From Spirochaetia bacterium (lineage in GTDB: Bacteria > Spirochaetota > Spirochaetia > SZUA-6 > Bin103): a DNA stretch of 64,000 bases. Each line of letters opens with the position of its first letter. The stretch's first letter is position 1. The notes beneath the pieces are model-generated. The model saw only the letters and a program-made list of their open reading frames with translations, searched no databases and was not told the origin of the DNA. The stretch is taken from assembly GCA_965203905.1 (NCBI GenBank), contig CBDBDQ010000005.1:1152001-1216000 (forward strand), written 5' to 3'. Below, piece by piece: positions 10,454 through 20,978 of the stretch. The position numbers and the translations under genes are program-made.

Positions 10454-11776
10454 ATGCGTACCATCCGCTCGGTGCTCGCCAGCCTGGCCCGCTCACCGGT
10501 CAAGTCGATTGTCACCGTGACCAGCGTAGGACTCGGCATCGGGGTGCTGATCCTGGCGCTGTCGATCAGCAGCACGTTTTCGCGCCTGCTGGCGGAGCAA
10601 CTCGCCGCGGAGGGATTGGTGGTGATGGTGGCCAACGCACGGAGGGCCGCGGACGGCAGCCTGGAGCCGGTGAAGCCGCCGCAGTTCGACGCCGAGGCAA
10701 CCGCCACGTTGCTCGACGGAGTGACCGGCGCCGTCGCGGCAAGCGCGATTGCCTTCGCCCCCTGGACGGAGTTTCGGGTGGATGGAGACGGGTACCAGAT
10801 TCGGACCGTGTACGGTGTCGGCGAGGAGTATCTCCAGGTGATGGGGCTGGAACTGGTAGCCGGCTCCTCCTTCGCCACGGCGGAGGTGGCGGCGGGCGCG
10901 CGCCAGGCGCTGATCAGCGCGAGCCTGGCGGGAATTCTGTTCGGGTCGCCAGTGGCGGCGCTCGGCGGGACGATCGAGGCGCCGGCCAACATCGTCGTCC
11001 AGACGGATGACGAGGCGATGGCCGAGGTCCTGGCCCATCTCGGGCGCCTGTTGTCGCCGGTATTCACCGTGCGCGGCGTGTACGCCGATCCGGGCGAGGT
11101 CGGCCGCCGCGCCTACGGCATCGCGGACATGATCGTCCCGATCGGCGCCATGTTTCCCGGCAAGGAGGTCGCGTTCGTCGACCGTGCCGGGATGTCGCGC
11201 ATCGCGCTGCGCGTGGCCGGCAACCGCTTCGCCACCGTCGAGAGCCAGGTGCGCGCGGCCCTCGCGAAGCAGTACGGGCCTGAGGTGGTGGTGGCGGTAT
11301 GGGAAGGTCCGCCGACCGGGGGCAGCGCCGCCCTGGAGGAGGCGCGCACGACCGTGGCCACCTTCTCGCTGGTGGTGAACCTGCTCGGCTTCGTGCTGCT
11401 GGTCAGCGCCTGCGTCGGCATCCTCGGCATCATGTCGGTGGAGGCCCTCGGCCGCAGCTGCGAGATCGCGGTCGCGCGCGCGGTCGGGGCTTCGAAGGTG
11501 GCCGTTGCGCGCGCATTCTGGGTCCGCTCACTGATCACGGTGAGCGCGTCGGCGCTGGTGGGCTGCGGCCTGAGCCTGCTGCTCGCGGCGCCGCTCACCG
11601 AGCAGATAGTACCCATCTTCCGCGGCCTCACGGCGGCGGACGTCGCCGGCAACGTGATCACGCTCCGCGCCGCGGCACTGGGCGTCGGAGCGGCACTGGT
11701 GATCGGCGGACTGTTCGGCGTGCTGCCCCTGCTCCCGGCGCTGCGCCCCCCTATCGCCGAGGCCCTCGTCGAGTAG
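10454..11776 (+). CDS. MacB/FtsX-family ABC permease
   Basis: Same topology; EIAVARAVGAS motif; C-terminal P.AEAL. Confidence 0.85.
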   Translation: MRTIRSVLASLARSPVKSIVTVTSVGLGIGVLILALSISSTFSRLLAEQLAAEGLVVMVANARRAADGSLEPVKPPQFDAEATATLLDGVTGAVAASAIAFAPWTEFRVDGDGYQIRTVYGVGEEYLQVMGLELVAGSSFATAEVAAGARQALISASLAGILFGSPVAALGGTIEAPANIVVQTDDEAMAEVLAHLGRLLSPVFTVRGVYADPGEVGRRAYGIADMIVPIGAMFPGKEVAFVDRAGMSRIALRVAGNRFATVESQVRAALAKQYGPEVVVAVWEGPPTGGSAALEEARTTVATFSLVVNLLGFVLLVSACVGILGIMSVEALGRSCEIAVARAVGASKVAVARAFWVRSLITVSASALVGCGLSLLLAAPLTEQIVPIFRGLTAADVAGNVITLRAAALGVGAALVIGGLFGVLPLLPALRPPIAEALVE

Positions 11777-11912
11777 CCGACCGCGGCGCACCACCCTCAA
11801 TGGCCCGGACAGGCCCGCGCTCGGTCCCAGGAGAACGCGCCATCACGGAAGTCCTCGCACCTCTGATAGCCCAAGGGGGGTATGGCGGCTGATCCGGTGC
11901 TGCGCCCCAGAC

Positions 11913-12347
11913 TTACGGCCAGGACAGCTCCGAATAGATGGAAAGACGTAGGATGTCGCGCCTTCGGTCGATCATCAGCTGAAATTCGTCAAGGATGTCC
12001 CGCCCAAGAAGTGAAGGAAGCTGGAGGCTAGCATCAGGCTTTTGCTCAGCGACGTTTATTTCGACATTGAACGCCAGCCGTCTGCCCTTGCGGTCCTCGA
12101 AGATGAGCATTGCATCCTCGGGATACACACCAAGAGACCCCCCCACGCCCTCGCAACTGGTGTAGCCCTTGAGGTGCCCGTAATCGATGCCCAGCTTGTT
12201 GGTCGCATCCCATTCGGAAAGCAGGCTTTGGTCAGCTCCTGTATCTACGACGAAGGAGACGTGCGCGTCCTTCTGGAATCGCGGAAATTGGAGACGGACG
12301 ACGACACGAGGTCGGCCTCGCTCTCCGAAGTGCCCCTGAATTACCAC
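11913..12347 (-). CDS. Retropepsin-like (clan AA) aspartic protease
   Basis: FVVDTGAD catalytic motif, GVGG flap, SLLGRDIL. Confidence 0.85.
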   Translation of the reverse strand: MVIQGHFGERGRPRVVVRLQFPRFQKDAHVSFVVDTGADQSLLSEWDATNKLGIDYGHLKGYTSCEGVGGSLGVYPEDAMLIFEDRKGRRLAFNVEINVAEQKPDASLQLPSLLGRDILDEFQLMIDRRRDILRLSIYSELSWP

Positions 12348-12355
12348 GAGAGCGG

Positions 12356-12649
12356 CTACAATATCCAGACGCGTGGCTGCGTATCCATATAGTAAATAAA
12401 GATTTGACTCCTGGATAGCTGGCGCGCCTCGACCGCCTTGTCCAGCTCATCGAGATTTTCGCCGCTCACCACTATCCGACCTTCGGAAGGATGGACCGAC
12501 AACGCGATCCATTGGTCAGGGAACTCATCGAGCAACTCGTCAAAGTTGTCAGCGAACTCCCGGGTGGAGCGCTCCAGCGCGACTCTATCCTCGGTAATCT
12601 GCGGGATATCGAACTCCGGAGGGACAGGTACCATTCTTGCCGCTGCCAT
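12356..12649 (-). CDS. DUF5678-like small protein
   Basis: ELLDEFPDQWIAL...GRIVVSGENLDEL pattern; AAGGAG upstream of ATG 12649. Confidence 0.65.
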   Translation of the reverse strand: MAAARMVPVPPEFDIPQITEDRVALERSTREFADNFDELLDEFPDQWIALSVHPSEGRIVVSGENLDELDKAVEARQLSRSQIFIYYMDTQPRVWIL

Positions 12650-12945
12650 GCCTTGTCTCCTTGCGGGAATGTGTGGGCCGTGCGTCATTGGCCCGCATCC
12701 ACGTCTGCGCTCGAGTGTTGCCGTACGCGGCCCTCGCGCCGCGTAGCGTCAAGGTCGACCGAGGGTGCCTCGCTACCTATTGTACCACCTGTTGCAACTC
12801 CATTCGCTGCGTTGCGCTGCGATCTCCACATCGCACGCCGCCACGACCACACATCAGCGGATGACCCATGACGATTGACACACGCAGCCGCGCGGTCCCT
12901 TCAATACCTGCAATCGCGACCGCCAGGGCGTGAGGCGGATAGGCT

Positions 12946-14490
12946 CTACGTGGCCGAGGATTCCCAGTCGCGGAGGATGGCGTGGGCGGCGTTGTGGCCG
13001 GGGGCGCCGGTGACTTCGCCGCCGGGGTGGGTGCCGGCGCCGCACAGGTAGAGGCCGGCGACGGGGGTGCGGTAGCCGGACAGCAGGCGGTGCGGGCGGT
13101 TGGCCAGCATCTGGGCCGAGGTCATGTCGAGGTGACGGATGTTGCCGTCGGTCAGCGCCACGCGCTGCTCCAGCTCCTGCGGCGTGAACAGCTCCCAGTC
13201 GCGCACCGACTCGCGGAATCCCGGCGCGTACTCGTCGATCACGTCGATGAGCCGCTCGCCGGTCCGCTCGCGCAACTCGTCCCAGGTCCCGTGCCGCGGG
13301 CGCACCGGGGCGTAGAGCACCCACACCGACATAACGTGCTTGCCCTCCGGCACCAGCGACCGGTCGAGCACGGAGGGGATCTGGATGTGCATCACCGGCG
13401 CCGAGGAAGGGCGGCCGGCGCGGGCGTCGTCGCCGCTGCGCAGAAAGTAGTCCACCGAGGGACAGATACGTATCTGGACCAGCAGCTTCTCGTCGTAGCG
13501 GCTGCCGAGGTAGCGGGTGAAGTCCGGCAGCTCATCGAGAGCGGCGTGAAACTTCAGGTAGGAGACCTCGCTCTTGAGCCGGCGCACGCCGGCCACCAGC
13601 TCAGGTGCCAGCTCGGCGCCGTCGATCAGCCCCAGGAAGGTGCGCTTGGGGTCGGCGCCGCTGACCACCGTGTCGCACTCGATCCGTTTCCCGTCCGGCA
13701 GTTCCACGCCCACCGCGCGGCCGGCGCGCAGCAGGATGCGGGTCACCGGCGTGCCGGTGCGGATCTCGGCGCCCGCGGCGCGCGCCGCCCGCGCCATGGC
13801 CCCGGTGATGGCGCCCATGCCGCCGTGCGGGATGCCGAGGTCGGCCGGATCGGTGGACAGGTCGCAGTCGAAGTAGGCCAGCGCCAGGATCGAGCCGGGA
13901 GCGCGCGGATCGCAGGCATCCTGGGCGTCGATGAACCCCGCCCGCACCTCCGGTGATGAAAAATGCTCCTCCACCAGGTCGTGCACGTTGCCGGTCAGCA
14001 TCCGCTCCCACACCGCCTCGTCGGCGCTGCCCCGCACCTGCGCGCTGACCTCGGCCAGGGTGGGAGGATCGGTCAGGAAGTAGCGGTACAGGATGCCCGC
14101 GGCGCGGTCCATGAACGCCCGGTAGCGGCGGTACCCCGCCACGTCACCGGGTGCCAGGCGGGCGATCTCCGCCTCGCTGTCGGCGGCGTGGTGCCAGCGC
14201 AGCAGGTAGTTGCCGTCGGGGAAGGGCTGGAAGCGGTAGGGGTCGACCGGATGGATGGCGAGGCCGTGCTCCCTGAGCTGCAGGTCGTCGATCACCTTGC
14301 GCTGCAGCAGGTGGCAGATGTAGGAGCAGGAGGAAACCCGGAAGCCGGGGAACAGCTCCTCGGTGATGCAGGCCCCGCCGACGAAGTCGCGCCGCTCCAG
14401 CACCAGCACGTCGGCGCCGGCGCGCGCCAGGTAGGTGGCGGCCACCAGCCCGTTGTGGCCGGCGCCGAGGACGATCACCGATCGCGCCAT
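12946..14490 (-). CDS. Phytoene dehydrogenase-like FAD-dependent oxidoreductase (COG1233)
   Basis: GAGHNGLVAA..LA, GGMGAI, YRTPVAGLYLCGAGTHPGG. Confidence 0.9.
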   Translation of the reverse strand: MARSVIVLGAGHNGLVAATYLARAGADVLVLERRDFVGGACITEELFPGFRVSSCSYICHLLQRKVIDDLQLREHGLAIHPVDPYRFQPFPDGNYLLRWHHAADSEAEIARLAPGDVAGYRRYRAFMDRAAGILYRYFLTDPPTLAEVSAQVRGSADEAVWERMLTGNVHDLVEEHFSSPEVRAGFIDAQDACDPRAPGSILALAYFDCDLSTDPADLGIPHGGMGAITGAMARAARAAGAEIRTGTPVTRILLRAGRAVGVELPDGKRIECDTVVSGADPKRTFLGLIDGAELAPELVAGVRRLKSEVSYLKFHAALDELPDFTRYLGSRYDEKLLVQIRICPSVDYFLRSGDDARAGRPSSAPVMHIQIPSVLDRSLVPEGKHVMSVWVLYAPVRPRHGTWDELRERTGERLIDVIDEYAPGFRESVRDWELFTPQELEQRVALTDGNIRHLDMTSAQMLANRPHRLLSGYRTPVAGLYLCGAGTHPGGEVTGAPGHNAAHAILRDWESSAT

Positions 14491-14497
14491 GGCCGGG

Positions 14498-14803
14498 CTA
14501 CTCCTGCAGTCCGGCGCGGATCCGTGCGGCCAGCGCCTCCAGCGCGGCCGGATCCGACGGCTCGCCGGCCTTGATCGTGAGCAGCCCGTCGCCGGCGGCG
14601 CGCGGCTGCAGATGCAGGTGCACGTGCATCAGCTCCTGGCCGGCCGCGGCGCGGTCCGCCAGGTACAGGCTGATGCCGTCCGGGTACAGCGTCCGGTAGA
14701 GGGCGCCGGCCAGCCGCTGCGCGGCCTGCAGCAGCGCCGCCGCGAGTTCCGGCGGCAGCTCGCCGGCCACGATTCGACAAATTAGACAGTCAGTCTGACT
14801 CAT
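14498..14803 (-). pseudogene. HIT-family hydrolase with internal in-frame deletion
   Basis: DCLICRIVAGELP start and HVHLH triad are present, but the usual ~35-40 aa containing AF.DI.P...GH.LV is missing; 101 aa. Confidence 0.65.
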
Positions 14804-14836
14804 CGCCCTGCCGACAATTATATTAGCAGAGCTCCG

Positions 14837-16783
14837 ATGAGCTCCATCTCTCTCTCCGATAAATTTCAGCCCTTCGTCGACACCCGCACCGGGGCCGGCG
14901 TGCTGGCCCGCATCACCCGCATGGCGCTGCGTTTCCGCCTGCGCCTGCTGCTCGGCGTGCTGGCCACGATCGCCGCCGGGTTCGTGCAGCTCCTGCTGCC
15001 GCGCTTCATGGGCCAGGCCGTGGACCGCATCCACGACCTGCTGGTCGTCGCCTCGCAGTGGAACCCGGCGACGCGCCACCAGCTCCTGGCGGCGGCGCTG
15101 GCGCTGCTTGCCGTCAGCGTGTTCCGCGGCGTGTTCATGGCCTTCTACATGTACCAGGGCGAGTCGCTCGGGCAGCACCTGGGCTATTCGTTGCGCCTGG
15201 CCTACTACGAGAAGCTGCAGCGGCTCAGCTTCAGCTACCACGACCGCGTTCACACCGGCGACCTGATGACCCGCGGCATGCTGGACGTGGAAGGGGTGCG
15301 CATGTTCATCACCTACGGGCTGCTGCGCACCTTCTACCTCGCGGTGCTGATCGGCTTCGGCACCTACCAGCTGATGGCCACCGACCCGCTGATGGCGCTG
15401 GTGGCCTTGAGCTTCGTGCCGATCGTGGGCTGGCGCGCCATCGTGTCGCGGCTGCAACTGCGCGAAAGCTGGTACCAACTCCAGCGGCGGATGTCGATTC
15501 TCACCCGGGTGATGGACGAGAACCTGAACGGGATCCGCGTGGTGCGCGCCTTCACCTCGCAGGATCACGAGATGAACAAGTTCGACCGCGCCTCGCGGCG
15601 GGCGCTGGTGCTGGCGCGCAAGCGGATCAGGATCCGGGTGCGGAACACCACCGTGATGACCCTCACCTACTATGCTTCCATGTGCCTGGTGCTGCTGGTG
15701 GGTGGTCTCAAGGTGCTGAACGGGGACGCCACCGTGGGGCGCCTCACCGAGTTCCTCGCTTTCATGACCATCCTGCAGCTGCCGGTGCGCCAGCTCGGCA
15801 TGATGGTCAACGCCTTCGCCCGCGCTTCCTCCTCCGGCCAGCGGCTGTTCGAGGTGCTCGACCAGGAGCCCGACGTGGCGGACAAGCCCGGAGCGGCGCC
15901 GCTGGCCCTGACCCGCGGCGTGCTGCGCTTCGAGGACGTCGCCTTCTCCTACCGCACCGACGACGGCGACAACGTGGCGCTGCAGGGCGTGTCGTTCGCA
16001 GTGGGACCGGGCCAGACCCTCGGCATCGTCGGACCGCCGGGGGCGGGCAAGTCCACCATCGCCCACCTGGTGCCGCGCTTCTACGACGTCACCGGCGGGC
16101 GCATCACCATCGATGGCCAGGATGTCCGCGACATCACCCTGGAATCGCTGCGCAATGCCGTGGGGGTGATCCAGCAGGACAGCTTCGTGTTCACCGCCGC
16201 CCTGGAGAAGAACGTGGCCTACGGCGATCCCTGGGCCGAGCGCGAGCGCATCGCGCACGCCACCGCATCCGCGCAGCTCGACACCTACGTGCGCAGCCTG
16301 CCGCTCGGCTACGACACCCTGGTGGGCGAGCGCGGCGTGTCGCTGTCGGGCGGCCAGCGCCAGCGCCTGTCGATCGCCCGCAGCGTGATGCTGCGGCCGC
16401 CGATCATGATCTTCGACGACTCCACCGCGGCCATCGACGCCGGCACCGAGCAGCGCATTCGCGCCTCGTTGCGCGAGGTGACGCGGCAGTGCGCCACCAT
16501 CATCGTCGCCCACCGGCTCAGCTCGCTGATGCACGCCGACGAGATCCTGTTTCTCGATCACGGCCGCGTGGTTGAGCGCGGCAGCCACGAGGAACTGCTG
16601 GCACAGGGCGGCCGCTACGCGGCGCTCTACGAGCTGCAGGCGCGGCGCCCGTCCGCCGACGCCGACGCCGGTGCGGAACCGGCGGCGACTCCCCTCCCAG
16701 TCGCCTCCGGGCCCGTCGCGGAGGCCGCGGCCGCAGCCGTAGCGCCGGCGGCCAACGGCGCCGCCCCGGGGGCGCACTCATGA
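14837..16783 (+). CDS. ABC exporter fused permease/ATPase, degenerate-site subunit of a heterodimer
   Basis: TMD+NBD; GPPGAGKST, LSGGQRQ, Walker B FDDS lacks the catalytic Glu. Confidence 0.92.
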   Translation: MSSISLSDKFQPFVDTRTGAGVLARITRMALRFRLRLLLGVLATIAAGFVQLLLPRFMGQAVDRIHDLLVVASQWNPATRHQLLAAALALLAVSVFRGVFMAFYMYQGESLGQHLGYSLRLAYYEKLQRLSFSYHDRVHTGDLMTRGMLDVEGVRMFITYGLLRTFYLAVLIGFGTYQLMATDPLMALVALSFVPIVGWRAIVSRLQLRESWYQLQRRMSILTRVMDENLNGIRVVRAFTSQDHEMNKFDRASRRALVLARKRIRIRVRNTTVMTLTYYASMCLVLLVGGLKVLNGDATVGRLTEFLAFMTILQLPVRQLGMMVNAFARASSSGQRLFEVLDQEPDVADKPGAAPLALTRGVLRFEDVAFSYRTDDGDNVALQGVSFAVGPGQTLGIVGPPGAGKSTIAHLVPRFYDVTGGRITIDGQDVRDITLESLRNAVGVIQQDSFVFTAALEKNVAYGDPWAERERIAHATASAQLDTYVRSLPLGYDTLVGERGVSLSGGQRQRLSIARSVMLRPPIMIFDDSTAAIDAGTEQRIRASLREVTRQCATIIVAHRLSSLMHADEILFLDHGRVVERGSHEELLAQGGRYAALYELQARRPSADADAGAEPAATPLPVASGPVAEAAAAAVAPAANGAAPGAHS

Positions 16784-18699
16784 GCAGCACCGGCGCCAGC
16801 CCCTCCGAGCAGGTCTACCAGGCGCGGCGCCGGCGCACGGGGGGTGTCCCGCCGCTGGCCGCGGTCGGCTCCCAGGTGAACCGCGAGGAGCAGATGTTCG
16901 GCCAGGCCTTCGACGGCGCCGTGGTACGCCGCTTCCTGGCGTTCGTGCGCCCCTACCGCGCTCCTCTGTGGCTGTCCCTTGCGGCGGTGCTGGTATTCAC
17001 GTTTACCCAGATGGCGATTCCCCTGATCATCCGCGTCGTCATCGACGAGGCACTGCTGGCGGGAGCCGCCTCCACCGCGCAGCGCCTGTTGTTCGGGGCC
17101 TGCGCGGTGTTCGCGGCCCTGATCGCGGTCAACTACGTGGCCAACCTGATCCAGGAGTCGGTGGTGGCACGGGTGGCGGAGGTGGTGCTGTTCGACCTGC
17201 GCCGCGCCATGTACGCGCACCTGCAGCGGGTGGCGCTGGCGTTCATGGACCGCACCGAGGTGGGGCGGCTGATGGCGCGGCTGCAGGGCGACGTCAACGC
17301 CCTGCAGGAGTTCCTCGAATCCACCGTGTTCGCGGTCGGCGACCTGGTGCTGCTGGTCGGCATCATCGTGATCCTGCTGCTGATGAACCTGCCGCTGGGG
17401 TTGATGACCCTGGCGATCGTGCCGGCGCTGCTGATCGTGCGCGCCCTGTGGCTGCCGCACGCGCGACGTGCGTTCCTCGGCGCCCGGCAGACCAGCGCCA
17501 ACGCCAACGGCGCCCTCGCGGAGAGCATCAACGGGGTGCGCCTGATCCAGGAGATGGGCCGCCAGCGGGTCAACTTCGACCTCTACGAGGAAAAGGTGTT
17601 CGACACCATGCGCACCCAGATCCGGGCCTCGCGCTACTCGATGATCATGCTGCCCACGGTCGACACCCTGTCGGGCCTGGCGATCGGCCTGGTCGTGGTG
17701 GTGGGCGGCGCGCTGACTCTGGGCGGCAGCATCGAGCTGGGGGTGATGATCGCCTTCTTCTTCTACGTGCAGCGCTTCTTCGCGCCGATCCGCTCGGTCA
17801 CCATGCAGTACAGCATCATGCAGCGCGCCATGGCCTCCGGCCAGCGCATCTTCGAGGTGCTGGACGTGCCGGTGCAGATCGAGGATCGACCCGGGGCGCG
17901 CGATCCCGGGGACATCGACGGCTCGGTGGAGTTCCGCAACGTCACCTTCGGCTATGTCGAGGGGCAACCGATCCTGCACGACATCTCGTTCCGGGTGGAG
18001 CCGGGCGAGACCGTGGCCCTGGTCGGGCCGACCGGCTCGGGCAAGACCAGCCTCACCGCCCTGGCGCACCGCTTCTACGACGTGTGGCAGGGCCAGATCC
18101 TGGTGGGCGGCCACGACGTGCGCGACGTCACCCAGGCCTCCCTGGGGCGCCACATCGGCATGGTGCTGCAGGAGCCGTTCCTGTTCACCGGCACCATCAC
18201 CGAGAACATCCGCTACGCCGCCAGGGACGCCACCCAGGAGGATGTCGAGCGCGCCGCCATCGCGGTGGGAGCGCACGAGTTCATCACCCGCCTGCCGCAG
18301 GGCTACAACACCCTGCTGGAGCAGCGCGGCAGCAACCTGTCCCTGGGGCAGCGGCAGCTCATCAGCTTCGCCCGCGCCATCGTCGCCGATACCCGCATCC
18401 TGGTGCTCGACGAGGCCACCGCCAATATCGACAGCTACACCGAGATGCAGATCCAGCGCGCTCTGCGCGGGCTGCTGCACCAGCGCACCGGCCTGGTGAT
18501 CGCCCACCGCCTCGCCACCATCCGCAACGCGGACCGGATCATCGTGCTGCAGGAGGGCCGCATCACCGAGCAGGGCACCCACGACGAGTTGCTGGCGCTG
18601 GACGGGCTCTACGCCGGCCTGTACGGCATGCACTACGCGTCGTTCGACGACCTCCCCGACGAGATGGTCACCACCGCCGCCGCCAAGACCGCGACCTGA
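16780..18699 (+). CDS. ABC exporter fused permease/ATPase, partner subunit
   Basis: GPTGSGKTS, non-canonical signature LSLGQRQ, LDEAT; 4-nt overlap with the upstream gene. Confidence 0.92.
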   Translation: MSSTGASPSEQVYQARRRRTGGVPPLAAVGSQVNREEQMFGQAFDGAVVRRFLAFVRPYRAPLWLSLAAVLVFTFTQMAIPLIIRVVIDEALLAGAASTAQRLLFGACAVFAALIAVNYVANLIQESVVARVAEVVLFDLRRAMYAHLQRVALAFMDRTEVGRLMARLQGDVNALQEFLESTVFAVGDLVLLVGIIVILLLMNLPLGLMTLAIVPALLIVRALWLPHARRAFLGARQTSANANGALAESINGVRLIQEMGRQRVNFDLYEEKVFDTMRTQIRASRYSMIMLPTVDTLSGLAIGLVVVVGGALTLGGSIELGVMIAFFFYVQRFFAPIRSVTMQYSIMQRAMASGQRIFEVLDVPVQIEDRPGARDPGDIDGSVEFRNVTFGYVEGQPILHDISFRVEPGETVALVGPTGSGKTSLTALAHRFYDVWQGQILVGGHDVRDVTQASLGRHIGMVLQEPFLFTGTITENIRYAARDATQEDVERAAIAVGAHEFITRLPQGYNTLLEQRGSNLSLGQRQLISFARAIVADTRILVLDEATANIDSYTEMQIQRALRGLLHQRTGLVIAHRLATIRNADRIIVLQEGRITEQGTHDELLALDGLYAGLYGMHYASFDDLPDEMVTTAAAKTAT

Positions 18700-18957
18700 G
18701 CGCCCGCCGCGCGTGCGGGGGCGGCTCCTCAGTGCCGCGGCTGCTCGTGGACGCATCCCGGCGCCCGTGCTGCACCGTTCGCTGACACACCGCGGCCCGC
18801 GCTCGAAGGCGCTCCCCGCGTCGACTCGGGCGCGCCGCAGCAGGCGGTGTCCCGGCCAGCGGCGAACCGGCCTGGTCGAAGTCACGACGTGGGCACGACA
18901 CAGCCGCGAGGACGCCACCGGTACTCCCGTGCCTTCAGCTTCGCGCTGCCGGCCGTC

Positions 18958-20364
18958 TCAGGTGTCCTGCAGCAGTCTTTCCAGCGCCGCAGAACGGCGC
19001 ACCGGATAGGGCGCGGTGCAGCGCAGCGCGCGCACCGGCGGCGGCAGGCTGGCGAGGCTGCCGGCGGCCCGCTCGCGGATCACCGCCAGCGGCTCCCGCG
19101 GCGCCACCCGCGCTCCGTCCCGCAGCCGCGCGGCCAACAGCGGCGTGCGCCGTTCACGCGGCGCGCTCGGTGCGCCGGCCGCGGGCCGCTCGCCCGCACT
19201 CCCGCCTGCGACCGCCGCTGCTTCGGCTTCCTGCTCCAGGCACAGCAGATCGGCGGTGGCGGTGGCGCCCACGCCCACGTAGCAGCGTAGCACCTGCTTG
19301 ATGCCGGGCAGGGTTGCCTTGCCGGGCTCCTCCGAGCGCTTGACCGCGGGCTGCCAGTCGCCGCCGCGGCGCACCGCCACCAGCTTGTAGACCCCGCCCA
19401 GGGCCGGGTCGCCGTGGGCGGTGACCAGGCGCGTGCCGACGCCCCAGGCGTCGATGGGAGCGCCCTCCCGGTGCAGCTCCTCGATGCGCGCCTCGTCCAG
19501 GTCGCTGGACACCACGATACGGGCGGCCTGCAGGCCCGCCGCGTCCAGCCGTTCCCGCACCGCGCGGCTGAGGCGTCCCAGGTCGCCGCTGTCCAGCCGC
19601 ACGCCGAAGCCGCTGCCGCCGCGCGCCTGCAGGTCGCGCAGCACCGGAATCGCGTGCGGAATCCCGCTGTCCAGGGTGTCGTAGGTATCCACCAGCAGGA
19701 TCGCCCGCTCCGGGTAGAGCTGGGCGAAGCGGGCGAAGGCCGCCTGCTCGTCGCCGAAGGCCTGGACCCAGGAGTGGGCCATGGTGCCGCTCACCGGGAT
19801 CCCGTAGCGCTCCCCGGCGGCGACGTTGGAGGTGCCGTCCACGCCGCCGACGTAGGCGGCACGGGCCGCCGACATGGCCCCGTCCAGCCCCTGCGCGCGG
19901 CGCAGCCCGAACTCGTACACGCGCCCGCCGGCCGCCGACTGCACCACCCGCGCCGCCTTGGTGGCGATCAGGGTCTGGAAGTTGACCACGTTGAGCAGCA
20001 GGCTCTCCAGGAGCTGCGCCTCGGTGAGGCGCGCGGTCACCCGCAGCAGCGGCTCGCCGGGGAACATGGCGGTCCCCTCCGGCGGCGCGTGCAGGGCGCC
20101 CCGAAACCGCCATTCCTCCAGGAAGCGGAGGAACTCCGGCCGAAACGGACCCAGCCGCTTCAGGTACTCCAGCTCGGGGGAGTGGAAGCGCAGCGCCGCG
20201 GCCGCGTCGACCACGTCTTCCAGGCCCGCGGCCAGCGCGTAGCCGCCGCCGAACGGCGGGCGCCGGAAGAACAGCTCGAAGGCGACCTCGGGATCGTGGC
20301 GCTGCAGGAAGTAGCCCTGCACCATGGTGAGCTGGTACAGGTCGGTGGCGAGGGCGGAGACCAC
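18958..20364 (-). CDS. pncB: Nicotinate phosphoribosyltransferase
   Basis: ALATDLYQLTM, EFGLRRAQG, GTMAHS, LLVDTYD, VRLDSGD, GVGT, GVYKL. Confidence 0.95.
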   Translation of the reverse strand: MVSALATDLYQLTMVQGYFLQRHDPEVAFELFFRRPPFGGGYALAAGLEDVVDAAAALRFHSPELEYLKRLGPFRPEFLRFLEEWRFRGALHAPPEGTAMFPGEPLLRVTARLTEAQLLESLLLNVVNFQTLIATKAARVVQSAAGGRVYEFGLRRAQGLDGAMSAARAAYVGGVDGTSNVAAGERYGIPVSGTMAHSWVQAFGDEQAAFARFAQLYPERAILLVDTYDTLDSGIPHAIPVLRDLQARGGSGFGVRLDSGDLGRLSRAVRERLDAAGLQAARIVVSSDLDEARIEELHREGAPIDAWGVGTRLVTAHGDPALGGVYKLVAVRRGGDWQPAVKRSEEPGKATLPGIKQVLRCYVGVGATATADLLCLEQEAEAAAVAGGSAGERPAAGAPSAPRERRTPLLAARLRDGARVAPREPLAVIRERAAGSLASLPPPVRALRCTAPYPVRRSAALERLLQDT

Positions 20365-20378
20365 GCCGGATGGTTCGG

Positions 20379-20978
20379 TCAGGAGATCCGTACGCCGGCC
20401 GCGCGCATCTCCGCCACGGCGCGCTGCACGTTGCCGGGCGGCAGATCCACCCCGCGGCAGGCACCGGTGAGCACTTCGGCGGCGAATCCCAGCCGCGCCG
20501 CGTCGAGGGCGGAGTAGCACACGCAGTAGTCGGTGGCCAGGCCGCACAGCGCCACCTGGCGCACCCCAAGCGCTTCGAGGTAGCCGGCCAGCCCGGTGGC
20601 GGTGCGGCGGTCGTTCTCGAAGAACGCCGAGTAGGAATCCAGCACCGCGCGCACCCCCTTGCGCAGGATCAGGTTGACGCGGCCGGTGTCCAGGCCGGGA
20701 TGCAGCGCCGCCCCGGGGCTGCCCTGCACGCAGTGGTCGGGCCACAGCGTCTGCTCGATGCCGTCGATGCGGACGCTGTCGTAAAGCGCGGCGCCGGGGT
20801 GCTGGGAGGCGAACGAGCAGTGGTCCGCCGGGTGCCAGTCCTGGGTCGCCACCACCAGGTCGTACTCGGGCATCAGCCGGTTGGCCGCCTCCACCACCGC
20901 GTCGCCCTCGGTCACCGCCAGCGCGCCGCCGGGGCAGAAGTCGTTCTGCACGTCGATGACCAGGAGTGCGCTACTCAT
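20379..20978 (-). CDS. pncA: Nicotinamidase/pyrazinamidase
   Basis: VIDVQNDF.PGG.L, QDWHP.DH.SF, WPDHC, YSAF, GLATDYCV. Confidence 0.95.
   Translation of the reverse strand: MSSALLVIDVQNDFCPGGALAVTEGDAVVEAANRLMPEYDLVVATQDWHPADHCSFASQHPGAALYDSVRIDGIEQTLWPDHCVQGSPGAALHPGLDTGRVNLILRKGVRAVLDSYSAFFENDRRTATGLAGYLEALGVRQVALCGLATDYCVCYSALDAARLGFAAEVLTGACRGVDLPPGNVQRAVAEMRAAGVRIS

Noticed and set aside
14837-18699. Mutated Walker B and signature motifs suggesting dead transporters
   Set aside because: Expected asymmetry of heterodimeric exporters of the TM287/288 and TmrAB type
14498-18918. Long antisense ORFs (759 and 763 aa) over the ABC exporters, and similar ones at 25115-28021 and 36465-38495
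   Set aside because: Shadow frames typical of high-GC DNA; only terminal parts (HIT, polysaccharide deacetylase) are real genes
18958-20978. pncA-pncB as a phage-type NAD reconstitution system, or linked with cobB and acs
   Set aside because: Ordinary salvage operon with host-like codon use; the other genes are 16-23 kb away
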